This document shows, piece by piece, positions 41,302-52,900 of a stretch of 64,000 nucleotides of DNA. The position numbers and the translations under genes are program-made. How positions within the stretch are numbered: position 1 is the first letter of the stretch; the number at the start of each line of letters is the position of its first letter. The stretch comes from Eledone cirrhosa. Lineage: Eukaryota. The notes beneath the pieces were generated by a model that had not been told where the DNA came from, made no database searches, and saw only the letters and a list, made by a program, of their open reading frames with translations. Location: NCBI GenBank assembly GCA_964016885.1, contig OZ024742.1:370388001-370452000 (forward strand). The letters run 5' to 3'.

Positions 41302-43470
41302 AGATTTAAAGATATTTTACTCAACGCCTACGACAGTAGAGAAGAACAGATAGAGACATTCAATGTAGAAGAGCACTGGGAGTTCCTAAAAAATAACTTA
41401 CTAGAGGCGACGGATGAGGTCTGTGGCTGGAGTAAGACCACAGGCAGGAGGAGAGTAACTTGGTGGTGGAACAATAAGCTAGATGAGGCAGTTAAGGCCA
41501 AGAGACAGGCATGGAAAGAATGGAAGAACGGGGGGAGCAGGGTACATTACATAGAGACCAAGAGGGAAGCTAGGCGACAAGTATACTTAGCTAGGAGGGA
41601 AGCAGAGGATAGAAAATTCAAGCATGTTTTGCAATGTGAGGACCAGAAACAGGAGGTGTTCAAGATTGCGAGGCAGTGTGTCAGAGAGAATTGTGATGTC
41701 ATTGATGAGAAGTGTATCCAGAATGATAAAGGTGAGCTTGCCCTCACAAGTGCTGAGAAGAAAGCTGTGTGGAAGAGCCATGATGATAGATTACTAAATG
41801 AGGAGAATGCATGGGAAGAAGAGACCCTACCCCAAGTAGACCCTATAGAGGGGCCAGCAGTACAAGTCAGCAGCAGCGTAGAAAGTAAGGCAATCAAAGA
41901 TATGAAGACGGGGAAGGCAACCGGTCCATCAGGCATAGCTGCCGAGATGCTGAAGGCATCTGGGTCGGTAGGTCACACCATAACCACACGTATTGTTAAC
42001 CAGGTAATAGAAGAAAGGTGTCATACTAAAGGATTGGTGCAGTAGCATCATTGTCAACTGCTACAAAGGTAAAGGTGATGCACTCGATAGAGGAAACTAT
42101 AGAGGTATAAAGCTGATGGACCACGTCATGAAAGTAACAGAAAGAGTTATGGCACAGTTGATTAGGGACCGGGTGAAGCTAGGTGAAATGCAATTTGGGT
42201 TTGTACCAGAAAGAGGCACTACTGATGCCCTCTTCCTTGTGAGGCAGTTACAGGAAAAGTACCTAGCTAAAAGTAAGCCACCCTACCTGGCATTCGTCAA
42301 ACTCAAGAAAGCTTTTGACAGAGTTCCCCGTGCTATAATCTGGTGGGCTCTTAGAAAACTAGGAGTAGATGAATGACTTGTGAAAGCTGTACAAGCCATG
42401 TATAGGGGAGCTGTCAGCAAAGTTAGGATTAGCAATGAGTATAGCAAGGAATTTAGTGTACAGGTTAGTGTCCACCAGGGCTCTGTTCTTAGCCCTCTCC
42501 TGTTCATCATAGTCCTGCAGGAAATAACGGAGGAGTTTAAGACCAGATGCCCATGGGAACTCCTGTATGCAGATGACCTCACACTTATAGCTGAATCTAT
42601 GGTAGAACTAGAGAAGAAATTCCAAACCTGGAAGCAGGGACTAGAAAGAAAGGGTTTCAAAGACTAAGGTCCTTGTAAGTAGACGAGAAAACAGAACCCA
42701 GATCCCCTCAGGGAAATGGCCTTGCTCAGTATGTAGGAAAGGTGTAGGCAGGAACTCCATTCTCTGCCCCAAACGCAAACAATGGGTACACAAGAGATGT
42801 AGCGGGATCTCAGGAAGCTTAACTAAGTATGTAGGCTTCACGTGTTACAGCTGTGCTGGGACAGCAAGCAGCAAACAGCCACAGGAAACAAGTACCACCA
42901 ATCTCTGGGAGGGCTCTGTAGAAACAGTAGACAGCTTCTGCTACCTAGGTGACCGAATTGGCAGCGGAGGTGGGTGTTCGGAAAGTACAATAACTAGGGT
43001 AAGAACGGGAAACCGTGGAGTGGGGAGACCCAAGAAGACCTGGGATGAGGTGATAAAAGCCTACCTTATCCAAAGGCGATGACAGATGACCATGACCTAT
43101 CGCGTCACACAGTAATACAGAAGACCCGACCCCCACGGGTACAAGCCGAAGCTGAAGCATATAGACAATATGCCCCCACCCCTCCCACTGCAAAGTGGTC
43201 GTGGAGGTACCACGGCAAAAAAGCACCCAGCCCACACTGTAAAATGGAAGTGGAGGCGCCACGGTAAAAAAGCACCCAGCACTCACTGTAAATGAGGTTG
43301 GTGTTAGGAAGGGCATCCAGCTGTAGAAATCAAGCCAGAATCAGTTCCCGTATGAGCCAGACAAGGTCAGCTGATCGGACACTGCCCACAACAGGACAAC
43401 CCGTCTAACCCATGCTAGCATGCAAGAACGGACGTAAAACGGTGATGATGATGATGATGATGATGATGAT
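41302..43470 (+). mobile_element. Second copy of the same RTE family, 5'-truncated, with frameshifts and an internal ~355-bp deletion near 43010
   Basis: Colinear with 32807-35335. The junction AGAACGGGA|AACCGTGGAG joins the equivalents of ~34516 and ~34871 through GGA microhomology. Confidence 0.95.
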
Positions 43471-43751
43471 ATATATATATATATACACATACATATATGT
43501 GTACCCATTATCTAACAAATTCTCTCTGTCTCTCTCTCTCTATATATATATATACATTTATACCAAATTTGTATTATATATATATATATATATATATGAG
43601 TACTAAAAAGAATTCTAAGTGAAATAATAAAAAAAAATTTAATTCCCAATGGATTAATGAAAATAATTGAGTCACTTTACAAGTTTTAAGTGATTTGAAA
43701 CAACTATATTTAACTTGAAATATTAACCCCAAAAAATATTTGGAAGAAAGA

Positions 43752-43880
43752 TTTTATTTAGAGAGTGGTGTAATATTTTATTTAGAGAGTGGTGTGATAT
43801 TTTATTTAGAGAGTGGTGTGATATTTTATTTAGAGAGTGGTGTGATATTTTATTTAGAGAGTGGTGTAATATTTTATTTA
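43752..43880. repeat. 24-bp minisatellite, 5 copies (TTTTATTTAGAGAGTGGTGT(A/G)ATA)
   Basis: Direct inspection. Confidence 0.9.
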
Positions 43881-43991
43881 TGGTTTCAGTAAAATGACAA
43901 CAACAACAACAACAACAACAACAGCGACAACAACAACAATTTTAACAAGTAACTCACTTAGATTTAAGCAACAAGTTTAAATGGTTTTTAC

Positions 43992-45500
43992 ACTCTCTTT
44001 CTCACTCTCTCTCTAAGTCTCTCTCTCTCTATGTCCCTTTCTCTCTCTCTGTCTCTCTCTCTCTCCGTCCCTCTCTCTCTCTGTCCCTCTCTCTCTCTGT
44101 CCCTCTCTCTCTGTCTCTCTTTCTCACTCTCTCCCTCTCTCTGTCCCTCTCTCTCTCTCTCTCTCTCTCTGTCCCTCTCTCTCTCCGTCCCCATCTCTCT
44201 CTCTGTCCCTCTCTTTCTCTGTCCCTCTCTTTCTCTGTCCCTCTCTCTCTGTCTCTCTCTCTGTCCCTCTCTCTCTGTCCCTCTCTCTCTCTCTGTCTCT
44301 CTCTCTGCCCCTCTCTCTCTGTCCCTCTCTCTCTGTCCCTCCCTCTCTCTGTCTCTCTCTCTTTCTCTCCCTCTCTCTTTCTCCCCCCACTCTGTTTCTC
44401 TTTTACTTTCTCATAATATAAAATAGTAGTAAACCCCTCTTATATAGAGAGGGAGGAGGAGAGTGTGAGAGAGAGAGTGAGAGAGAGGGAGAGAGAGGGT
44501 ATGAGAGTATGAGAGATGGGTGGAGGGGGGAGGGGGTGAGAGAGGGAGAGGGGGAGAGTATGAGAGAGAGGGGGAGAGAGAGAGGTGGAGGGTGTGAGAG
44601 AAAGAGAGAGGTGGAGGGTGTGAGAGAAAGAGAGGTGGAGGGTGTGAGAGAGAAAGAGAGAGAGAGAGAGAGCGAGAGAGAGAGGGTGGAGGGTGTGAGA
44701 GAGAGAGAGATGTGGGGGTGTGAGAGAGAGAGAGGTGGAGGGTGTGAGAGAGGGAGAGAGGTGGAGGGTGTGAGAGAAAGAGAGAGAGAGGGGTGGAGGG
44801 TGTGTGAGAGAGAGGGGTGGGGGTGTGAGAGAGAGAGGTGGAGGGTGTGAGAGAGAGAGAGGTGGAGGGTGTGAGAGAGAGAGAGAGAGGTGGAGGGTGT
44901 GAGAGAGAGAGAGAGAGAGAGAGAGGGGGAGAGAGGTGGAGGGTGTGAGAGAGAGAGAGAGAGAGGTGGAGGGTGTGAGAGAGAGAGAGAGGAGAAGGGT
45001 GTGTGAGAGAGAGAGAGGAGGAGGAGGGTGTGAGAGAGAGAGAGAGGAGGCGGGTGTGAGAGAGAGAGTGAGGTGGAGGTGTGAGAGAGAGAGAGAGAGA
45101 GGAGGAGGGTGTGAGAGAGAGAGAGAGAGAGGAGGAGGGTGTGAGAGAGATAGAGGAGGAGGGTGTGAGAGAGAGAGAGGAGGAGGGTGTGAGAGAGAGA
45201 GAGGAGGAGGGTGTGAGAGAGAGTGAGAGAGGAGGAGGGTGTGTGAGAGAAAGAGAGGAGGAGGGTGTGAGAGAGAGAGAGAGGAGGAGGGTGTGAGAGA
45301 GAGAGAAACTGATGAAGCAGGTTGTGAAAGTAACAGAAAACATTACTGCACCCCCCTCTTTCTTCCCCCTTCCCTTTCTCTCTCTCTCCTCCTCCTACAC
45401 TCCTTTCTCTCTATCACCCCTCTCCTTTCTCTCACCCCCTCTCTTTCCATCTTTATATCTCTTTGTCCCTGTCTCTCCCCCTCTCTACCCCCCCCTCTCT
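43992..45500. repeat. Low-complexity CT-rich / GA-rich / CT-rich tracts
   Basis: CT-rich 43992-44400, GA-rich with GAGGGTGTGAGAGA units 44445-45306, CT-rich 45350-45500. Confidence 0.92.
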
Positions 45501-46054
45501 CACACAGACAGAGAACTGACTGTGATGTGTTGTAGTTTGGTTTTGTGCCAGAATGGAACCTCACCAATATTCTCTTCTCAAAGAGACATTCTAGAGACAT
45601 TCTTAGCTCAAATAAGCCTGTAGCGTACTCTAGACAGGGAAGTAGTTAGAGTTACTTCCCGTCGAAAGTCTAGAACCCTCTTTTGCAACTTCTGGAAAGA
45701 GGTTATAAATAGCAGCAACACAGCCAGCTCTTTCTTTCTTTGGTGCCTTTCCTTCGAACTGACAACACTGAAGATGAACAGGCTAATCACGGGCTTTGGA
45801 CTATACCTAAATATGTACAAGGATATTTGTGTACAACAATTATAACGGAGTTACAATAAAATGAAGACTTGTATTCGATATGGTGTTTTGTAAATATATC
45901 TTATCCTTTTCTGTATAAAATTTAGTAGTTAGATTCCGGTGATATTTACTCAAATAAATAATCCTGGGTCTGGCAATTCACTAAAAGCCATTATACCATC
46001 AACAACATAGGGGCATTCTTTGACTAGGTCTTACATTCTGTTGCAGTAAATCCC

Positions 46055-46370
46055 TTGGCTTTGTAGTTAAGCTATTCTGCTTACAATTGCAAGGTTGTGA
46101 GTTCGATTCCTGGTAGAAGGTTGTGTCCTTCAGCAAGACACTTTATTACAGGTTGCTCCAGTCCACTCAGCTGACAAAAATGAGTTGTAACTGTAATTCG
46201 AAGGACCAGCCTTGTCATGTTTGGTGTCACACTGAATCTCCCTGAGAACTACGTAAAGGATATGCATGATTGTGGAATGCTCAGCCACTTGCACATAAAT
46301 TTCAGGAGCAGTCTGTTCTGTTGATCGGATCAGCTGGAACACTCATGGTTGTAACTGATGGAGTACCTGT
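46055..46370 (+). mobile_element. tRNA-derived CORE-type SINE
   Basis: B-box GAGTTCGATTCC; TGTGTCCTTCAGCAAGACACTTTA; TTGCTCCAGTCCACTCAGCTG shared with the SINE at 23372. Confidence 0.75.
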
Positions 46371-46571
46371 AACATTCTGTTATCTGGTGGTTGTTAAAAA
46401 AGCTAGATATAGATGAATGCTTTCTAAGCACCATGTAATCCATATACAGAGATTTAGCAGTGAATTCAGTCAGGAATTTTAACCATTTTGAAACCAAACT
46501 GGTTCTACTATACAAAGCTGTTTGTTTTAAAATGTTTATATGTATCTAAAAATATTCCATTGCAATTTTAT

Positions 46572-46826
46572 GTAAGAGGTCGTGTAGGTGTCACAACAAA
46601 AAAAACACAGTCCACGCTGTAATGTGGCTGTGTAGGTAACACGGTAAAAGGTTCCTAGTCCACACTGTAAATGTGGGTGGTGTTAGGAAGGGAATCCAAC
46701 TGTAGAAAACCTGCCAGATAGTCCTATACGAGCGAGACATGCTCACCCGATCAATCTTGTCTCAAGTGGGACAACTCCTGTCTAACCCATGCTAGCCTGG
46801 AAGATAGACGTTAAATGATGATGATG
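46572..46826 (+). mobile_element. Diverged RTE 3' UTR/tail copy
   Basis: Two hairpin units, GTTAGGAAGGG, AACCCATGCTAGC, (GAT)n. Confidence 0.8.
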
Positions 46827-47089
46827 TTTCATTACATTGATAATGAGAAAGTTTCTTATATTACTAAATCCTTCTAAATCCTTCTAAATTCTTGATTACT
46901 TGAAAATCATAGGCTGTGTCTTTTATTGGAAATATGGCTACAAAAAGGTTAAAGTGTTTACAATTATCTAAAAACCTTCCATCATAATTCTATGTAAGAA
47001 CCTTTGTTAAGTTATGTTCCAAACACCAGTTTAATAATGAGAAATTTAGTTATATTACTAAATCCCACCAAATTAATGATTATTTTCAA

Positions 47090-48705
47090 ATGCATCGAGA
47101 CTTTGTCCTCAGCCCCTCCTGTTTATTGTTGTCCTGCAAGTCATAATAGAGGAGTTTAGGACCCTGGGAATTCCTGTTCTTAGAGTTGAAAATCGCATTT
47201 GTGCTTGTCATATTTTTTGTGACAATATGACGCCTGTGTGCAAAGTGTGATGCCACATGGTAGTGAAAGATGGGCAGTGACTGGAGAGAAATGATGCAGC
47301 CATGCTCTATTGGATGTGAGAGAAAGACAGAACTTGGATGAACTGAGGGAGAAGCTGGGTTTAAGTGGAATCTAAGGTGGTGTGCGGGAGAAAAGACTGC
47401 ATTGGTATGGACATGTGATGCACATGGATGATGATTAATGGGTGAAGAAGTTCCAGGAAATATCAGTAGAAGGAAGCTGCAGTAGAGGTAGACCAAGGAA
47501 AACCTGGACAGAGGCGGGCAGAGGTGGGCAGAGGTGGTGAGAGCTGAGCTCAAATAACTGAGACTCACAGAGGAGATGATAAAGAAACGTAGCAAGTGGA
47601 GAGATGCTGTGCTGAGAAGGACCCCTCCAACCCATACAAATGTGGAAAAATGGATGTAAAAACGATGATGATGATGATGATGATGATAGTTGAATCTTTT
47701 GAAGGATTACAGAAGACAATCCAAATATGGAAGCAAAGCCTAAAAGCAAGAGTGTTCAAACAAAGTAAACCTAGTAAAAACAAAAGATTTAGTTTGTAGA
47801 AAAAAAAAAAAAAGACAGGAGGTTGGAGGTAGCCATGTTGAATATGCAGAAAAGGAGTTGGTAGGAAATTTGTATTATGTGCTAAAAGTAAACTGTGAGT
47901 ATAGAAGTGATGTAGGACGACAGGCTAGTTGACACAGGAGAAACACTTTATATGTAGGTAGTTGTTGCAAAGACTAGTAATTAGCTCTAAGAGAACCCAT
48001 AAAATCAATTCGTTCAAATCCTCCTCCTTTTTGTCTGAGGCTGTTGTCTGATCAAGATCAGAAATCAATGATAATTTTCCAGGGTTCACTGCAAGGAAGT
48101 TGACTATTTCGGTCCCTGTTCAAATGTTTAAGTGACACCGTAGAAATAGTTGATAGCATTCATTACTTAGGTAACTAACCAAACCTAGAGGGAAGGGAGA
48201 TGTTCTTAAAACATATCCAGAGTTAGAACAGAGGAGCAAAATGTTATTATTACTTCTGTTGGTAACCAGTGAAGTGCAGATTGTACAATGTTTGTATAGA
48301 AAGGGTGAAGGCGCATGGCTCAGTGGTTAGAGCATTGGGCTGGAAATTGAAAGGTTGTGAGTTCAATTCTCGGACCAGGTGATGTGTTGTATCTTTGAAC
48401 AAGACACTTTATTTCATGTTGCTCCAGTTTACTGAGCTGTAGAAATGAGATGATAGGACTGGGGTCCCTATCATTAAATCACCCAAGACACCTCCAATGA
48501 GATATACCTTGGAGGAGGCCAACTAAACCTGCATAGGTGTGAGCTGTAACAACAACAACAACATAGAAAGGGTAATGCTGCATTATAGCAATTGATGTGT
48601 GTAAGATGGAGACAAAGCATGAAGCAAGCACTTGTCAATGAAAGAGTTGTGTGTATGAATGACAGAGTATTGATGAGCTGAGATAAAAAAAAACTGAGCA
48701 TAAGG
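47090..48705 (+). mobile_element. Old RTE RT fragment interrupted by a second RTE 3' end (47225-47687) and by a SINE
   Basis: An LSPLLF-like segment at 47100 resumes as IVESFEGLQKTIQIWKQSL at 47686. The insert has HGSERW, WYGHV, GRPRKTW and (GAT)n. Confidence 0.75.
48308..48562 (+). mobile_element. tRNA-derived CORE-type SINE with (CAA)n tail
   Basis: Same head as 23372-23541; own 3' region ending in (AAC)n. Confidence 0.8.
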
Positions 48706-48867
48706 TCAACCTGAAGTTCTCACATAACATTATGTTGGAAGATTTTATTATAAATAGGAATCCTTTAAAATAGGTGTTTTGTTTCATAGAACCAAAGCTG
48801 GTTTTGTCTGGGTTGCTATTGAAAAGGTTAACCCATACAAGCACAGGATAATCCTAGATAAAAGGAA

Positions 48868-49003
48868 TATGGTGGTGGTGAAGGTGGTGGTGGTGATGGT
48901 GGTGGTGGTGGTGATGGTGGTGGTGGTGGTGGTGGTGGTGGTGGTAGTGGTTGTGGTTCTGGTTGTGGTGGTGGTGGGGGTGCCAACAAAGGTGGTGGTG
49001 GTG
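48868..49003. repeat. (GGT)n microsatellite
   Basis: Direct inspection. Confidence 0.92.
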
Positions 49004-49219
49004 CATGAATATTAGGATGATGATGATCCCTAACCACACTTTCTATAAACATTGAAGTCAGTTTTCTGAGTTTGTAATAAATATTCCACCATATCAACTG
49101 TTGTTTTCTAGTGACAGTTGCAGCACTCTCGTGTATTGATTGCTGCCAACATTGCTAAAATACCATCTGATCAATAGACTTTCACAATCATTTCACACTG
49201 AATATATTTACACTTTCAC

Positions 49220-49450
<231 letters not shown>

Positions 49451-49451
49451 C

Positions 49452-49920
49452 AATCATTTTACGTCCCTTCTCAGTGCTAGAGTGGGTTGGATGGGTTGTC
49501 ACAGTCCGTGACTAGATGGTGAGGGGAGGGGGGGACCTCATATTATTCATATGTTCCATATTTGGTATGATTTTACAGCTGGATACTCTACCTAAAGCCA
49601 AACATTTAACAGTGTGTACCAGGTACATTTATCGTGGCATCAGCACAACCACTTTACAGAGTGTACTGGGTGTATGCTGTCATAGCACCAGCATTAGAGA
49701 TGTTTTTATATACTTAGCTAGACTGAAGAATCCTCCCTATCATATATTGTTTCTGTTTGATTGCCAATAACTTTACAGGGTGTACTGGGTACATTTGTGG
49801 AGCCAACACTATAAACGTTATCAAGTACTAAGAAGGGCTAGAGAGTTTTCTCTACACTATATTATCTTGATCAGTTTACCCACCATATTATGGAGTTTAC
49901 AGAGCCCTCCCCTTTCTGAC
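49452..49920 (-). mobile_element. Diverged antisense RTE/SINE-type 3' end with three hairpin-unit remnants
   Basis: TTTTACGTCC...GCTAG..TGGGTT tail, TACAGCTGGAT, and ACCACTTTACAGAGTGTACTGGGTG-type units at ~49605, ~49648 and ~49770. Confidence 0.7.
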
Positions 49921-49924
49921 CCTG

Positions 49925-52900
49925 CTGGTGACCTGGTCTTATGCTGTCACATTGCTTCTACTGGTGATCTGGTCTTATGCTGTCACATTGCTTCTACTGG
50001 TGACCTGGTCTTATACTGTCACATTGCTTCTACTGGTGACCTGGTCTTATACTCTCACATTGCTTCTACTGGTGACCTGGTATTATACTGTCACATTGCT
50101 TCTACTGGTGACCTTGCCTTATGCTGAAACATTGCTTCTACTGGTGACCTGGTCTTATACTGTCACATTGCTTCTACTAGTGACTGGTCTTATACTGTCA
50201 CATTGCTTCTACTGGTGACCTGGTCTTATGCTGTCAAATTGCTTCTACTGGTGACCTGGTCTTATGCTGTCACATTGCTTCTACTGGTGACCTGGTCTTA
50301 TACTGTCACGTTGCTTCTACTGGTGACCTGGTCTTATACTGTCACATTGCTTCTACTAGTGACATGGTCTTATATTGTCACATTGCTTCTACTGGTGACC
50401 TGGTCTTATGCTGTCACATTGCTTCTACGGGTGACCTGGTCTTATACTGTCACATTGCTTCTACTGGTGACCTTGTCTTATGCTGTCACATTGCTTCTAC
50501 TGGTGACCTGGTCTTATGCTGTCACATTGCTTCTACTGGTGACCTGGTCTTATACTGTCACATTGCTTCTACTGGTGACCTGGTCTTATACTGTCACATT
50601 GCTTCTACTGGTGACCTGGTCTTATACTGTCACATTGCTTCTAATCGTGACCTGATCTTATGCTGTCACATTGCTTCTACTGGTGACCTGGTCTTATACT
50701 GTCACATTGCTTCTACTGGTGACATGGTCTTATACTGTCACTTGCTTCTACTGGTGACCTGGTCTTATACTGTCACATTGCTTCTACTAGTGACTGGTCT
50801 TATACTGTCACATTGCTTCTACTGGTGACCTGGTCTTATACTGTCACATTGCTTCTACTAGTGACTGGTCTTATACTGTCACATTGCTTCTACTGGTGAC
50901 CTGGTCTTATGCTGTCAAATTGCTTCTACTGGTGACCTGGTCTTATGCTGTCACATTGCTTCTACTGGTGACCTGGTCTTATACTGTCACGTTGCTTCTA
51001 CTGGTGACCTGGTCTTATACTGTCACATTGCTTCTACTAGTGACATGGTCTTATATTGTCACATTGCTTCTACTGGTGACCTGGTCTTATGCTGTCACAT
51101 TGCTTCTACGGGTGACCTGGTCTTATACTGTCACATTGCTTCTACTGGTGACCTTGTCTTATGCTGTCACATTGCTTCTACTGGTGACCTGGTCTTATGC
51201 TGTCACATTGCTTCTACTGGTGACCTGGTCTTATACTGTCACATTGCTTCTACTGGTGACCTGGTCTTATACTGTCACATTGCTTCTACTGGTGACCTGG
51301 TCTTATACTGTCACATTGCTTCTAATCGTGACCTGATCTTATGCTGTCACATTGCTTCTACTGGTGACCTGGTCTTATACTGTCACATTGCTTCTACTGG
51401 TGACATGGTCTTATACTGTCACATTGCTTCTACTGGTGACCTGGTCTTATGCTGTCACATTGCTTCTACTAGGGACCTGGTCTTATACTGTCACATTGCT
51501 GCTACTAGTGAACTGGTTTTATACTGTCACATTGCTTCTACTAGTGAACTGGTCTTATACTGTCACATTGCTTCTACTTGTGACCTGGTCTTATACTGTC
51601 ACATTGCTTCTACTGGTGACCTGGTCTTATACTGTCACATTGCTTCTACTGGTGCGCTTGTCTTATACTGTCACATTGCTTCTACTAGTGAACTGGTCTT
51701 ATGCTGTCACATGGCTTCTACGGTGACCTGGTCTTATACTTTCACATTGCTTCTACTTGTGATATGGTCTTATACTGTCACATTGCTTCTACTGGTGACC
51801 TGGTCTTATGCTGTCACATTGCTTCTACTGGTGACCTGATCTTATACTGTCACATTGCTTCTACTGGTGACCTGGTCTTATACTGTCACATTGCTTCTCC
51901 TGGTTACCTGGTCTTATGCTGCCACATTGTTTCTACTGGTGACCTGGTCTTATACTGTCACATTGCTTCTAATTATGACCTGGTCTGACACTGTCACATT
52001 GTTTCTACTGGTGACCTGGTCTTATACTGTCACATTGCTTCTACTGGTGACCTGATCTTATACTGTCACATTGCTTCTACTGGTGACCTGGTCTTATACT
52101 GTCACATTGCTTCTAATCGTGACCTGATCTTATGCTGTCACATTGCTTCTACTGGTGACCTGGTCTTATACTGTCACATTGCTTCTACTGGTGACCTGGT
52201 CTTATACTGTCACATTGCTTCTACTGGTGACATGGTCTTATACTGTCACATTGCTTCTACTGGTGACCTGGTCTTATGCTGTCACATTGCTTCTACTAGG
52301 GACCTGGTCTTATACTGTCACATTGCTGCTACTAGTGAACTGGTTTTATACTGTCACATTGCTTCTACTAGTGAACTGGTCTTATACTGTCACATTGCTT
52401 CTACTTGTGACCTGGTCTTATACTGTCACATTGCTTCTACTGGTGACCTGGTCTTATACTGTCACATTGCTTCTACTGGTGCGCTTGTCTTATACTGTCA
52501 CATTGCTTCTACTAGTGAACTGGTCTTATGCTGTCACATGGCTTCTACGGTGACCTGGTCTTATACTTTCACATTGCTTCTACTTGTGATATGGTCTTAT
52601 ACTGTCACATTGCTTCTACTGGTGACCTGGTCTTATGCTGTCACATTGCTTCTACTGGTGACCTGATCTTATACTGTCACATTGCTTCTACTGGTGACCT
52701 GGTCTTATACTGTCACATTGCTTCTCCTGGTTACCTGGTCTTATGCTGCCACATTGTTTCTACTGGTGACCTGGTCTTATACTGTCACATTGCTTCTAAT
52801 TATGACCTGGTCTTACACTGTCACATTGTTTCTACTGGTGACCTGGTCTTATACTGTCACATTGCTTCTACTGGTGACCTGATCTTATACTGTCACATTG

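Noticed and set aside
43988-45623. ORFs rich in ER, SL, YI, HT or polyH/V/P here and in other microsatellites
   Set aside because: Translations of simple repeats.
45643-45655. TAACTCTAAC (minus strand) as a telomerase-template-like motif
   Set aside because: It mismatches a TTAGGG template and lies in a hairpin loop; no other supporting elements.
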